Source: Chiloscyllium plagiosum (Eukaryota). From it: 64,000 nucleotides of DNA. Below, piece after piece: positions 25,910 through 38,929 of this stretch. Location of the stretch: positions 40,934,969 through 40,998,968 of the forward strand of contig NC_057719.1 of the NCBI RefSeq assembly GCF_004010195.1, in the 5' to 3' direction. Within the stretch, counting starts at the first letter, position 1. The number at the start of each line of letters is the position of its first letter. The translations under genes were made by a program, and so were the position numbers. The notes under the pieces were generated by a model. That model was not told where the DNA came from. It worked only from the letters and a program-made list of their open reading frames with translations, and ran no database searches.

Positions 25910-26103
25910 GTACTCAGCGCCGTCGGCTGATTCCAGCCCCTCTGCCTGACACTTCATCCTTGGGACGAAAGCCAGTGGGCACCACTGGGCAGTGGGTGGA
26001 CCTGCCACCTCTGCCAGGCACCCTGAAGGAGTCATTTGAAATTAAGGTTTACGAGATTGACGATGTGGAACGGTTACAGAGACACAGGCAGGAGGAAAAT
26101 GAG
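25910..26103 (+). CDS. KIF26A: Kinesin-like protein KIF26A, internal coding exon (C-terminal region; upstream exons lie outside the window)
   Basis: Acceptor ttattttag at 25909 and donor gtcagt at 26104. Encodes [80 protein letters not shown] is the KIF26 signature as I recall it; QWVDLPP favours KIF26A over KIF26B (recalled as RWVDGP). Confidence 0.92.
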
Positions 26104-26601
26104 GTCAGTACATTTAGTACAACAAGTTTAGACAATCTAAATTATGGTATCAGTGAGGAATGGCTGCTTAAATAGAGACAGAGCACAATTACATCCAGGA
26201 GATTGACTGCAATTAAATTACTATAATTATTAATTTTACAACGCATATGTTGGAGTGCCCTTACAAAGAGGAGATAAAAATAATTACTATTCACAATTAA
26301 TCATGCTTAGCCAGGAGAGATGGTATAAGTGAAGAAAATCTATGAATATATTATGAATGAACCTTTACAGTCTTTGGCTGCTATATCAAACTTTATAGCC
26401 ATTCTATGCCAGGATCATTAACTCCTTTCCAGATGAAAAAAGGTGTGCTCTTTGAAATTATAATACATCAGCAGTATTATAATCTGATTTGTTCCCAATT
26501 AACTAAGGATTATGCACAATACCCATGAACATTTTTTCTACAGAATTCATCATCCTAACTTTTTCTCCTTTCCTTTTCATTCTTTGTCATTAATGTTATA
26601 G

Positions 26602-26625
26602 GAACCTTTCCAAGACGTTGATAAG
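26602..26625 (+). CDS. KIF26A: KIF26A 24-nt in-frame micro-exon (EPFQDVDK)
   Basis: Long pyrimidine tract and atag acceptor at 26601; strong AAG|gtgaga donor at 26626. Phase 0/0, matching both flanking exons, with no stop. Confidence 0.7.
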
Positions 26626-26759
26626 GTGAGAACCTCAGCATATTTCTTCCCCTTGAAACCATTTTGTTTTCTGTTTCAGTTGTTTAAAATAAAGCAAAAA
26701 ATGTAAAATTCAAATGATTTGCAGCTGCAACAAAGGATTATTGCTTTATCTCCTGACAG

Positions 26760-26910
26760 GGCTTGTTGTACTTTAATACAAAACTGAAGATCTTGGAGAA
26801 ACGACAGCAGAGAATAAGAGAGTTAAAGGCAAAGCATGAGTTATTGATGAAGGAACTGGAGGATACAAAGAGCAGGCTGATGATGAATCCTGATAAATGG
26901 AAATCAGAAT
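26760..26910 (+). CDS. KIF26A: KIF26A penultimate coding exon (coiled coil)
   Basis: Acceptor tcctgacag at 26759, donor gtatgt at 26911. 151 nt encoding [50 protein letters not shown] plus 1 nt; matches the recalled KIF26 C-terminus. Not in the ORF track. Confidence 0.92.
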
Positions 26911-27599
26911 GTATGTACACTCAGCTCTACTGACAAAACACAAGAGGGACATGGGGGAGATAAGAATTTATCCTTTGTATAAATACAAAGTTAATTTACT
27001 TTGTTTTGCAATCAAAATGCAAATAGAAACATAAGGTGCAAATATATGATGATACACTGAGTGTGAAATTTGCACGCATGCTGCGAACCCCAGGAGTAAA
27101 AGAGTAAAGATAAATAGGGCATGCCTAAATGATTCTCTGGCTTTTAAAAATAATCAAGTCACCACACATCAGTGGTTCCAGGTGCAAACCTCTATCTAGT
27201 AAGCATTCACTTGTCAATAAATAAAGAACAAACTGAGGATTTTATGTAACTGCGATCAATGTAACTAATCTTAGAACCAAGGATAGTAGATTGTTTCACA
27301 GAGAAAGAGCTGCAATTCTAACATTGCCAAAGAGCAGCAAAAGAGAACAGTTTAAGCTCTGAGATTGCACATTCAATGGACAGACAACCATTCTTAATCT
27401 AAGCCATCATGAATGATTTAGAGAGTGAACTCTCAAATCTAGTGCTGAAACTAACATCAGCAGCTTTTGTTGTGATTTCTTGATAGATTCCTGGTTCTTC
27501 ACTGTTGGGGAGATAATAGCACTTTTGAAGTCATTGTAAAAACGAAATATTGATCCCAGATTCAAGTGTGTGGAAGGGTAAACGTGATGTGTTAGCAAT

Positions 27600-29070
27600 A
27601 GTCCCAAGCATCCTTGACCAGTGTTGTGAGGATGCACCAGAGATTGAATAGGGATCGAGGACCCTTATCGCTGACATGCCAGATTATCTAGGCTCAACTA
27701 ACAGTAATAGTTCTTGTTACGGTAAGGGGTTGCTCTGGGCGTCCTCAGATAAAACCTTGGTGTTGGTGATGTTGCAGTAAGACGTGAAGGTGTCATTGGT
27801 GCCTAAAGATAAGTTGAGGTGAGAGTGACCACTCTTGGCAACAAGGCTGCATTTGACCAAGTGTGGCAACAAGGAATCATCACAAAATTGCACTCAGTAG
27901 GAATTGGGAGGAGGCTCTCTGCTAGTTGGAGTTATACTTAATACAAAGAAGGATGATTGTGATTTGAACTCCAAGACATGCCTGTAGACTTCCTCGGGGT
28001 AGTTTCCTTGGCCCAACCATCTTAGCTACTTCATCACCTTTAGTACTTCCCTGCCACATAAGGTCAGAAGTAGGGATATTCACCAATGATTGCACCATGT
28101 GTTCAGCACCATTCGCGACTGCTCAGATACTGAAGCAGTCTGTGCCTAAGTACAGCAGGACCTGGGCTGACAAGTTACAAGGAACATCAAAAGTGCCTGG
28201 CAAAGACAGTGAATTGAGTCATTACCTCTTGACATTCAATGACATTACTATTCCCAAGGCTCCTCACCAAAAACAGTTTGGGGTTTATCAGTGACCGAAA
28301 AGTACAACAACAGGTCAGAAGGTTGGAATCCTGCACCAAGTAACTCATCTCCTGATTCCCCAAAGCCTGTCCAGGATCTAAAAGACATAAATCAGGAGTG
28401 TGATGAACTACTTTCTACCTTGGATGAGTGCAGTTCCAGTAGCACTCAAGGTAGGAGCAAATTACTGCAGATGCTGGAGTTTGTTCTGACAACAAAAAAT
28501 GGTGGAAATCACAGTGAGTCAGGCGGCATCAAAGCATTGAGCTCTGATGAAGAGTCATCTCGGACTCAAAGTGTTAGCTTGTTGTCCCTCCATGGATGCT
28601 GTTGTGATTTCCAGTATTTTTTGTTTGCAATCCAGTTGCACTCAAGAAGCTTGCACCATAAAGGACAAAACAGCCCAATTGATTTACACCATATCAAAAA
28701 AGATTCACTCCCATCATCACTGATAGAGTGTAGCAGCAAGGTTGCATTGAAATTTACTAAGACTCCTTAGACAGCAGTTTCTAAACCCATGAATACAACC
28801 ATCTCAAAGGACAAGACAAACAGATACATAAGAATACCACCACCTGCAAATTCCCCTTCAAACTACTCACCATCCTGGAAGTATGTAGCTATTCCTTCAG
28901 TGTTACTTATTCAAAGTCCTAGTACTTCCTCCCTAAAGGTGTTGTGGATCTACCCACATCCCCAAATAGACTGCAAAAGTTGAAGAAGGCAGCTTATCCC
29001 CACTTTCTCAAGGGCATCTAGGGATGGACAATACCCTGTCAGTGATGCCCATGTCCCTTGAATGATTAAA
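27600..29070 (+). mobile_element. Ancient LINE (AAFDxVW-type RT; CR1/L2-group) relic with 3' tail
   Basis: KAAFDQVWQQG near 27843 and degenerate PQGS and FADD regions; tail ctcaagggcatctagggatggacaata. Interrupted by a PLE at 28451. Confidence 0.65.
28451..28630. mobile_element. Penelope-like family C palindromic mini-insertion
   Basis: Imperfect inverted arms. 16-bp TSD tccagt(a/t)gcactcaag at 28435-28450 and 28631-28646. Degenerate hammerhead CTGATGA(28544-28550)-A-GAGTC atctcg GACTC with GAAA mutated. Confidence 0.75.
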
Positions 29071-29254
29071 AGGAAATCAACCAGACAGCTACTACAAATG
29101 GTTCTGGGATCTGGCAGGCCATGACTCTGTGCCAACCTTGGTCAAATCTGTTTCTGCATCTGAAATGACATTTTGTTTTTAATGGCTGGATTGTTTTGTC
29201 AGTCAAGAGAGGATGTAGGGTTTCCAATGCAGAAGCAGTCCTACCAATGTGATT

Positions 29255-29450
29255 GGAGAAAGTGAGGGCTGCAGATGCTGGAGATCAGAGCTGAAAATGT
29301 GTTGCTGGAAAAGCGCAGCAGGTCAGGCAGCATCCAAGGAACAGGACAATCGACGTTTCGGGCAGAAGGGCTTATGCCCGAAACGTCGATTCTCCTGTTC
29401 CTTGGATGCTGCCTGACCTGCTGCGCTTTTCCAGCAACGCATTTTCAGCT
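29255..29450. mobile_element. Penelope-like family B palindromic mini-insertion
   Basis: About 78-bp near-perfect inverted arms. 16-bp TSD ctacca(a/t)tgtgattgg at 29241-29256 and 29449-29464. CTGATGA core is missing at the centre. Confidence 0.85.
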
Positions 29451-31406
29451 ACCATTGTGATTGGCCATGTTTGGTGTGATTGGCAACGTAATGGCATAAA
29501 TACAGCAGTCCTGTTCTCGGTTGATAAGTCTCACTGTATTTCATGCTTCTCTTGGGCTATTTTTGTCAGATTTGCTGTCACCTACTAGACCAGGTATGAC
29601 TCAAGAAATTCAAATCAATGTGTCAAATAAATAAACTTTGTTTCTAAAGTCCCTATGATAGCTCATTTGTCACTGAACCACTGAGAACAGGCAAGTTCCA
29701 GGTTCAATTCTTGGCAGTTTCCAGGCAATGTAGGAATGATGATGAAGTCGACCTGGAAGAGGAAAATCAATTAGGATCATTCTCCTGCTTATATCTGGTC
29801 CTGGTTCCACTGGTAATGCTGACATGTGGATATTGGGTCAGACTTGATAGTGTTCCAACTTCACCCATCATTGCACACTCTCTAAATTCACACATGAATT
29901 ACTTCAGTTTGCCAAAATATCTTTTGTAAATTTTCTCCGCTCCTCAGTTCCAACTTATTGTTTGCAGTTCCATAAATGCTAATTGCTCCGCAGTACTTCA
30001 CTTAGCTATTATCCATTTAATAGTAGCTAGTGCCAACTACAAAACCTCGCCAAGTCAGGAAGCTCTCACGTTTTTTAAATGGTGCGCACTAGGTTTGAAC
30101 AATTGGTCACATAGAACCTAATAAAACACTTCAAAGCATAATGCCTGGAAAAGAAAAGGATCTTCACAAAATGTTAGAGGAACTGTGAGTCAGTGACTGA
30201 AAATTTAACTCATAGTAAGCACCAACAGGTATAATCTGTAGATATTAATCTTGTTACATAATAGTGAACATTGGTGTTGCTAATTGAATACAAAATATAT
30301 TTTACTCTCCGTTAATGAAAATTCAATGAGTGGCACATGCTAAGTGTATTTTAGTAACTGTTGTGAAGTATACAAAGGTGACTAATTCAAAGTTATGATC
30401 TGTCATCTTACTTAAATTGATTCAAGTAGGAATAAGAACCTGTATTACTACGCCATGCCTTCCTGATCATTTGAATTTGTCATACTGCATAGATAAAGAA
30501 AAAATCAAACACAATTATTTTAATTGTGTAAATAAAATAATTCAAAGAATAAAACTGTGTTTTATGCACAGTATGGAAAATACAAATCTACTTCCTTCAA
30601 TAATTCTATAAAAGATTTAGGTCTTTTGTAATTCAATCACTGTTATTTTGTATTTTAAGAGAAGATTGTCCAGAAATGCTGTGGGGATTATAGCCCTTGC
30701 TATAGTTTCAGCAGAGGTTTGGCAGAGCTCCCAAAGAAACAAATATAAATTATTGAAAATGTTGCCTCAGGTCTTGGCATTGGGGCCTATACCAGTCTTT
30801 TGCTAAAGCTAAAGATGGAGGATTATATGAACCACTGCAGAAATTCTCCTTAATACTGCAAGGTCATTTACCTAAAATTCTAAACAGAATGAGCTAAACA
30901 ATGTGCTTTGATAGATCATAAGGACAAATATTTAAGAGTCAACACGCTGCAAACTGCAAAATAAAGAAGTATTGAACCTTTTGCTATCCCACCTCTCCCC
31001 AGTAATGCTAAAGCAGAAATCTTGTTGCATCCTGTGGTTCAGTGTGCCAGGAGTTTGGAGTTATGCCTTCCCAAGAGGTGAATTGGCAATCAGCTGTGTC
31101 TTTGAACACTTGTTAAGGGGAAGATGAGACAATAAAAATCCTACCTATTTGTGTCTGCTCTCATACTGTACTTAGTGGCTGATTATAGAGGAGTATTAAC
31201 AGAGATTATGTCAAACTAACTCCTGCTGGGGATTAATAAGTCACTAAAGAGAGGCAAGAAATTCATTTAATAGGGCAAGAGACTGAGTGCCCCCAGATGT
31301 TTCATCTATTTGCTTATAATGCAAATATAATGATTGTAAGTTATAAATCTTTCTGCATATGTCATCTTTTGGTTGCCTGATTTGCTTGCACTATCTCTGT
31401 TAACAG

Positions 31407-31585
31407 TTGAGGTTGACCTAACCCTGGATAAAGAGTCCCTGGAGTACCTGGAGGCACTGGAAGAGGTAACTGAGGAGCTTGAACATCGTGTCAACCTATG
31501 CAAGGCAAGGATCATGATGGTGACCTGTTTTGATATTGGCATGATCACTGAAGTGATTGATGGACCGAGGGAAGTGCAAGTATAA
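31407..31585 (+). CDS. KIF26A: KIF26A last coding exon with stop codon
   Basis: Acceptor taacag at 31406; phase 1 joins the previous exon (T+TT = Phe). Encodes [59 protein letters not shown] then TAA. The extended GP-x-EV-x-V tail is KIF26A-like. Confidence 0.93.
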
Positions 31586-32860
31586 AGATGGCCACTGATG
31601 AGAGAGCATAAGATCTGGATCATTTTACAATGAAAGCAGGCAATGTATGAAGCAAAAGGATGTTAAGGAATTCTGTTTGAGGGAAGGATGGTGATATAGA
31701 GACAAAGGAAGGTGGTGGAGAATGTTGAGAGAGAGCTGATGTGGTGACAATGAATCTTGATGTTGAGTTCTGTAAATCAATACAGTGCCTCAGAGCTTAA
31801 ATAGAATGAAAGCTTAAACTGTTCATGCGAACAATTTCCTTTCCCTGAAGGAAGAAAGAAGGCAACATAAACCAAGAAGAACAAAGAACTGAAAAAACCT
31901 TAAAGTGCCTTTTTGATTAACTTGATTTATTTACATTGGTGCTAGTAAAGAAACCAGCAAACCTAAGTAAACACTGAAACAAAATGCTTATTTTATACTG
32001 TATATTGTATTTATATGACATATGTAAAAAATTCATTGTAGCAAAGCAATAAGTAAATTATGTTCACATCTCTGACTTTGCCTTCTTGTTTAGAGAGCCA
32101 GTTATATGTTTTCAATTTTGGAATATTCCCACATGCATAAATATTTCATAGTATTCTGTTTTATCAGTGTTTTTTAAAAATGTTATTAATTGAGGCATAT
32201 TATAAAACGTAGTAATTTTTTGGGAGATTTTTATATCAAATCTTGTTTGTTTTTGGGTGACTTCTTCGTACACATCGCTTTTGATGCAGAAGGGCAGAAT
32301 GAGATTCCTAGTTTTTTAAAGCAATTATAAATAAATCAGTAAAGAGGTCACTGTGCCAAATATTGTGAACTGGGGCTAACAGCAGCAATCCAGTGTAGCC
32401 ACAGAGTGACCCTTCATATGAATCCACTATTGTAAGTTATCAATGATCAAATTTATATACTCTTTTTTAGAAACCAAAAACAGGTTTACAAAATGATAAC
32501 ATTATTGATTTATGAAAGGTTTGATTATGTCAATTAAAAAAAATACATCTCAGGATTTCTTCAAAAAGAAACAAATTTGATAGAAGAGCTATTTGAACAC
32601 ACCATAAAAGTATGTGTAAGTTTTCTCTTTCTTTTTATTACTGGATAACAGCTATTATTACAAGGAATTATTGCCAAGCAAAAATGATTTTATGTGAAGA
32701 AATAATAAATACAGTATGACAATTCATTGTGAATGGTATTTTCTCACCATTTTATTTGTGAAGGTTTTTTTTCCAGAATCTTTGTATAAATGTATATTAT
32801 GCTTGTTGCATTAGCTTTTATCTGTGAATAAATGACATGTCCACTGGTATTAATATTTCT
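31586..32860 (+). other. KIF26A: Probable KIF26A 3'UTR (end uncertain)
   Basis: AT-rich stretch after the stop with no recognisable repeat; AATAAA at 32330, 32704 and 32827. Confidence 0.6.
32827..32832 (+). terminator. Candidate polyadenylation signal AATAAA
   Basis: Preceded by TGTA elements (about 32784-32795) and followed by a T/GT-rich tract. The other AATAAA sites are alternatives. Confidence 0.5.
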
Positions 32861-33649
32861 GTTTCATATTAATAATTTTACACTGAGAAAGCATTAAGGT
32901 GCATGTTCAATATTACACTGACAGTCAGTGATAATGCACCTTTTGTAAGTGATATTATTTAGAATATTTTGTTATACTATATTGTGAATATACGAGTACA
33001 CTATAGTGAGTAAACTGAACCACAGTAAAACTCCTGACTATTTGAAATTAGAATGTATGTTAATTTGGAAGAATCTACACATATTAGGTTAACCACTGGC
33101 CATCAAGGATTAGAAAGGGCCATTGTAGTTCACCACTGCGGGTAGTATTCACTATTTTATCCAGCTGCACATTGAACATCCTCAATATTTTGGCCTCTAC
33201 TGTCAATACTGTGGTAATCTTAAACAATCTGTTTCTTGCTGATGTCGACAGACTGTCTGTCATGAATTGATTGCTGATCTTGCATTGCTGCTAGCCTGTC
33301 ATTTTCAGGTCACACATGCTGTTATGGGACACAAAATGAAAATCTGCCATTTTGCAGCACTCTTCTTTATCTTAAGAGGCATAAATATTAAGTTGTAGAA
33401 GTAAAATGGATCAGAAAAGAACAAATCGTAATACTCTCAGCCAGTGAGTAAAGGCACAGGTCCCAACAATACCTTGAAATCAGTTTCCTAACATCCTGTA
33501 CATTTAGTCAGACACCTCAATAGTACTGGGACCAATGCCCTCTTGGAATGGGTTTCACTATTGTGGTTGCAGAGAATTTAAACTAAATTGGCAAGAGCGA
33601 TGACATCAGAATATGAAAGTAAAAATTAGGAATAAGGTACATAATGGAG

Positions 33650-34800
33650 CTAGTGTTGGATTGTAGTTGGTGTGTGTGGCCTGCATGGGAAATTGTAACT
33701 GGTGGTGTTCTTCTGCATCTATTTCCTGTGTTGTTCTAGGTGGTAGAGCTTGTAGATTTTGACAGTGCTGTTACAGGAGGCATAGTGAGTTCCTGCAATG
33801 CATCTTGTATTTGCTATACACTGCTATCACAGTATGCCAAAAATAAAGACAGTGAATGTTCACAGCGGTGGATGGGATGCTCAGTGCTCAGCTAATGCCT
33901 GCAGAATTCTGAGCTTCATATCTTCTCTTTTAGGTATTTGGTCCAATTCATTTTGTGGGAGAAAGTGAGGACTGCAGATGCTGGAGATCAGAGCTGAAAA
34001 TGTGTTGCTGGAAAAGCGCAGCAGGTCAGGCAGCATCCAAGGAACAGGAGAATCGACGTTTCGGGCATAAGCCCTTCTGCCCAAAACGTCGATTCTCCTG
34101 TTCCTTGGATGCTGCCTGACCTGCTGCGCTTTTCCAGCAACACATTTCCAATTCATTTTGTGGTCAATGGTAACCTCCCAGATGTTGATGGGGGAAGTTC
34201 AGTGATAGTAGTGCCAATGAGTGTTAAGGGGTGATGGTTAGATTATCTTGTGGAGATTATCATTGCCTGGCAGTTATGTGGTGCAAATGTTATTTGCCAT
34301 TTGTCAGCTCAGGTTTGAATGTTGTCCATGTCATGCTACCTATAAACAAGGACTACTTCAGATTTTGATAAACATTAAATGGCACATAACTATTGAAAGA
34401 GAGAAAGACAGTATAGGTCTTCTGCCAATCACAAGTATATACTTGCAGCTTGGAGATATAAGCATGTTATGATATGATTGGATATTTAATCACACATTAG
34501 TTTGAATGACAGATGGAAGGCCATTGATGAAACAACTGAAGATGTTTGGGACTAAGACATTATCATGTAGGGCTCCTGTAGCAATATCCAAAGTACCTTC
34601 AGTAATCACAACCATCTTTCTCTGTGCTCGGCACAAGTCCTTCAGATGGAGAGTATCATCCCCTCACCACCCGAGTACTTAATTAAGTATTTTGCAAGAG
34701 CTCCTAGATGCTATACTCAGGCAAGTTATTCCCTGATGTCAAGGGCAGGCACTCACATTGCCTCTGGAATTCAGCTCAATTGTCTATGATTAGACTAAGG
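33650..34800 (-). mobile_element. Ancient LINE relic (same type as 27600-29070)
   Basis: Degenerate reverse-complement similarity to the 27.8-29 kb element; hosts the PLE at 33957. Confidence 0.5.
33957..34147. mobile_element. Penelope-like family B palindromic mini-insertion
   Basis: About 70-bp inverted arms; perfect 17-bp TSD tccaattcattttgtgg at 33942-33958 and 34147-34163. Confidence 0.88.
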
Positions 34801-37439
34801 CCCCTCTTCATGTTCCCATCCTTCACTGAACATTATCAGGCCCTATTTAAAATTGTCGTCAGGTCCTACTAATGTCATCAAATCCCTCTTTGAATGTGTA
34901 AAAGCGAGCTTTGCTGCATTTAGGTCGTGCCTTTGTAGCCTATTCCTAAAGTAGGTTAACATCAGAATTGGCATGAAGCAGACAGTATACCAGTGCCCAA
35001 CCTTCTGTTTCTGAGGGGTGGGTAAGGTTCACATTATTCCACTTCCACCTTCAGAATCTGACGTGAATTCAGAAACCAGCATGCAGCTGCCCTGAGAAGC
35101 AAATCCCTTTGAAATGTGCACTGATTTGAGACCAGTTTCAAAATAACTTGCCTTTAAATCTTATCCATGGGAAAATGCCAAAGAGAAGTGTGACAGAGTA
35201 CTTCCAATTTCATCCCAGTATAAGTACAAATGTTATATGTAGGAAACACAATTCTTGGGCACAAACTTTACTTCTGGCTGTCAACATTTCAATTGTACTT
35301 TTCTGTCAACATTTTTCATTTTAAATTGCTATGTCAACATTTCCTCCACCATTTTCTTATATCATATGTCATGATGTCGTAGCAGATTGTAGCCACTAAG
35401 TGGCATGATAGAGTAAGTGTCTGTAGTCTTTACCAACTCTTTTACCATCTTATCTCAAAAAAATGTAGATTCATCAGCTCAGGATAGGCAATGTCATGGA
35501 TAATTTATTAGTACTTTAATAAAGGCCCAACTGATGATGATACTCAGCTGGATAAAAACAATATAACACAAAGTATAATTCTAAGTTCAATCCTGGACTT
35601 TGCTTATGTTTTCGCACGATAATTGGCTTCAACATTCCTGGGTTAGCAAGGGAAAGATTTAGCTAACACTCATGACTGGCATCCAGTGATCACAGCTGGA
35701 AAGACCCCATGTGTGATGTTTTGTGAGACCAGGTTTAGTCCTGACTGTAATGCCCCATACAGTTAAATTGCTTTAATTTCCTGAAGCATGCTGACTTAAG
35801 TGAAGTACCAAAGGCAAGACAGCATCTGTTCATCTCTAAGACAACATGCCCAGGAGAGAACAGGAGGAAAAAATGAAACAAATCTGGCATTTAGGATTAT
35901 CAAAAGCTATAACATATTACATTTGGACAGTATTTTCTGTTTATTAACCCAACACTAAATAACAAGATTCATAACTGTTTCTGGCATAACACACAACATA
36001 TTTTAAAGCCAGCGCATAATACATCCATTACACAGGCAATGCATGGCCAGTTTATGACTAATTAGGTGTTGTCGATATTTGGCTGTTGGCTGTTTACCCA
36101 ATGCATTAATTTTTCTGGATTCCATTCTGCAACCATTTGGCACTTTACTTGAAGTGTAGTTCACTGATGAAAAATTTAATACACTGATGCAAGAGCTCTG
36201 ACAAATCTCCTGCACTTGATTATAATGTTCTTTGTGTTCAACTTCCATTGTTCTGAACTGATTCAGGATTGAAGTATTACTGTTCAGCATATTTTAGCAA
36301 CCCCCAGTATTCATTATTAATTGTCATCTTGCTGAGGCACAAAATTAAAATGATTATATTAGGACACGAATACTAAGTAGTCTGCATACTAGAGAGACAG
36401 CAAGATTGTTTTCCTCAAATTTTTCCCTACAAATCATCTGTGTCTAATCACAGCACCGATGCCCATACATAAGTGTGGGAGAGTGTGTATTATTGGGCAT
36501 GAAAACTCAATAAATCTGTGCTATTTCAAGAAGCCCAACTCATTATAATATTACTTCCTGATTTGCATCTCTGATGCAAGACCACAGGCACAATGCAGAT
36601 TTGCATGGTTCAATCTTGACTCGAGCATTTACACTCAATCCAAGTTTAGATTTGGAAGTGTTAGGAGCTGTGGAAAACTGAAGGCAAGTGTTGTGATGGA
36701 GTCAGGATGGTAAAGCGTTCTTCCACTGTCGACTTTTAATGTTAGATCACTTGATGGTCTATTGGATGTAAATAGGTCTTGGAGAAAGGTACACATCCCT
36801 AGAAATGAGAGGAAGAACATTACTGTAGCAAATAAAGAGTGAGGGCATGGCTAGCGGAAGTCAGCAACGGAAAGCATTCTGCCTTGCAAGGACCTGATTT
36901 CAGTAAAGGAAGTTCTTTAATGACTCAACCAGGTGAGGAAAGGTGAGCACAGTTAGACATTTATTTACATCCTATTATGCACATCACATCCCCTTCCACT
37001 CTGCTGATCAAATCAATTTTATCATATCACTTCTCACACTCACTCACTTTGCAAGTGCAACCTGCCTGTTCATTCTCTGGTCTTCTTCACTTTCTCATCC
37101 ACTATTGTCACTCATCTCCGTGCCTTTGCCTGATAGTCAGCACCACCAAATATATTGCATCCAGTAGTAGACCCATGTCATTATAATTATTCATAGATCT
37201 GTTCTTTGTTTTCATTACCTTGTTAAGAGCAAAGAACTGGGAAATTGAGAGGACCAGAGTTGTTCTTCTACCGATTTCCTGTAGAAAGCTGCATTGAAGA
37301 AAATGATAAAGATTCATAATATTTCAGTTTTCCTGACCATCAGAGATGGAAAAGATTGATACCTTACAGCTACCTGGTGACAGATTTAAAGTCCAGTATC
37401 GCACAGCACTTGATTTCACCAGCAAGTGGAATATGATAA

Positions 37440-37830
37440 TTTGCAAAATGCTAATCATGTAAATGTTACTTGTCACTTAAAAGCACAAGCCTGAATGTTG
37501 TCCACGTCAGTACCTGGGAAAGCAGAAATGGTGCTAAACTTTGCATAATTATCAGCGAACAACCTTATTTCTGATTTAATGATAGAAGTCAGATCATTGA
37601 TGAAATAGCTGGTGATGATTGGACCTAGAACACTACCCTGAAGAGTGGGAGTCTCCTGCAGTACAGTGACAGTGTCTGTACCTCTGAGCATCTGAGTAGA
37701 AAATTTCTACCCTGAGGAGTGATGTGCTGCAGCTGAGCTGATTGACTTCAAACAACTGCAACCATTTTCCTTTCTACAAGGTATAACATCAACCAGAGAA
37801 GACGTTTTTCCTTATTCACTTTGACTTTGT
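37440..37830 (-). mobile_element. Ancient LINE RT fragment
   Basis: QGSVLGPIITSYFINDLTSIIKSEIRLFADNY in the ORF track. Confidence 0.75.
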
Positions 37831-38929
37831 TAGGCCGCTTTGTTATTTTGTACCTTCACAAGGTTGACACTCATTATTAGGTATGCCAGTTGCTGCTCCT
37901 GAAGTCTGAATTGTGGTTTCAACTCAAATGCTATAAATCTTGCTGGAGGATATGCAGCTTTAAAACAATTTTTTGAAGTTGTAGTTAAATTTTAGTTACG
38001 GATAAAGCAAGATGAGTTTTCTTATAAACTGTTAAACTGTAATGAATGTTGCTTTCATTTAAATCTAAAGCTTAATTTTCAAATCAGCTTTGATATGATT
38101 TTTTCTCTGTTTTTTTAAATTGCGAAAGCTGTTATTTAAAAAAGAATAAATTATTTAAATAAAGCTTTGAAAATTACACTCAATAATTTAAAGACTGTGA
38201 AAACTCTTTATATTATCATTTCTCAATCAATTTAAGATTTTGATACAAAGAGTTAAAATTGAGGACTGGTGCTGCCTTACCCTTTTTGGATTTTCCACCC
38301 TTCTCAAAAATATGGCTGATTTATGTTTCCTCCCCTGATTGATGCCTGTTTTAACTGAAAAATTGCCTGTGGAATTTTGTGCCTTTGAAGAGTTATGGTT
38401 GTAAAATAAAAACTTGTTTACACTTCAAAACAATTACTTTTAATCATTTTTTTCTCTGCTTTTGATTTTTATGCTCTATTAAAATGAATGATGTTTCCAA
38501 TTTAACAAATTTGTTTAAAAAGTTACGTAATTTTCTATGTTTAACTTGATGTCATGCTCCTTCATGTGATCCACAGACAATGTTGTGGACTCAAGGGCAA
38601 TTCTCTCTTCACCACATACTAATGCACTACCATCTCGCTGGGTCGGTCCTGTCTGTGGGACAGGAAATACCCAGGGATAGTGGTGGTGGAGTCTGGGACA
38701 TTCTCTGTAAGATCTGATTCTGTGACATTATGTCTTGCTATTGCCTGACTTCCCAATTATGACATAAGTTCCCAAATGTTAGTAAGGGATGCAGGGATGA
38801 CAGGGTTGTGTGTATCCTTGTTATTTCTGGTTTTGATGGGGGTTTTGCTATTTAGTTTCATCACCTTCATTAGACCGTAAGAGTTAGAAAACCAAATTGC
38901 TAGGCTCTTTCAGAAGGTATTTAAGAATC

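Noticed and set aside
25910..31585. Assignment to KIF26B
   Set aside because: QWVDLPP and the extended GPREVQV C-terminus match KIF26A as I recall it; KIF26B ends shortly after CFDI. A gene tree would confirm.
38230..38560. Minus-strand peptides resembling LINE RT motifs (VKHRKL..NQK; FSVKTGINQG)
   Set aside because: Motif spacing is wrong and the sequence is AT-rich low complexity; could be chance.
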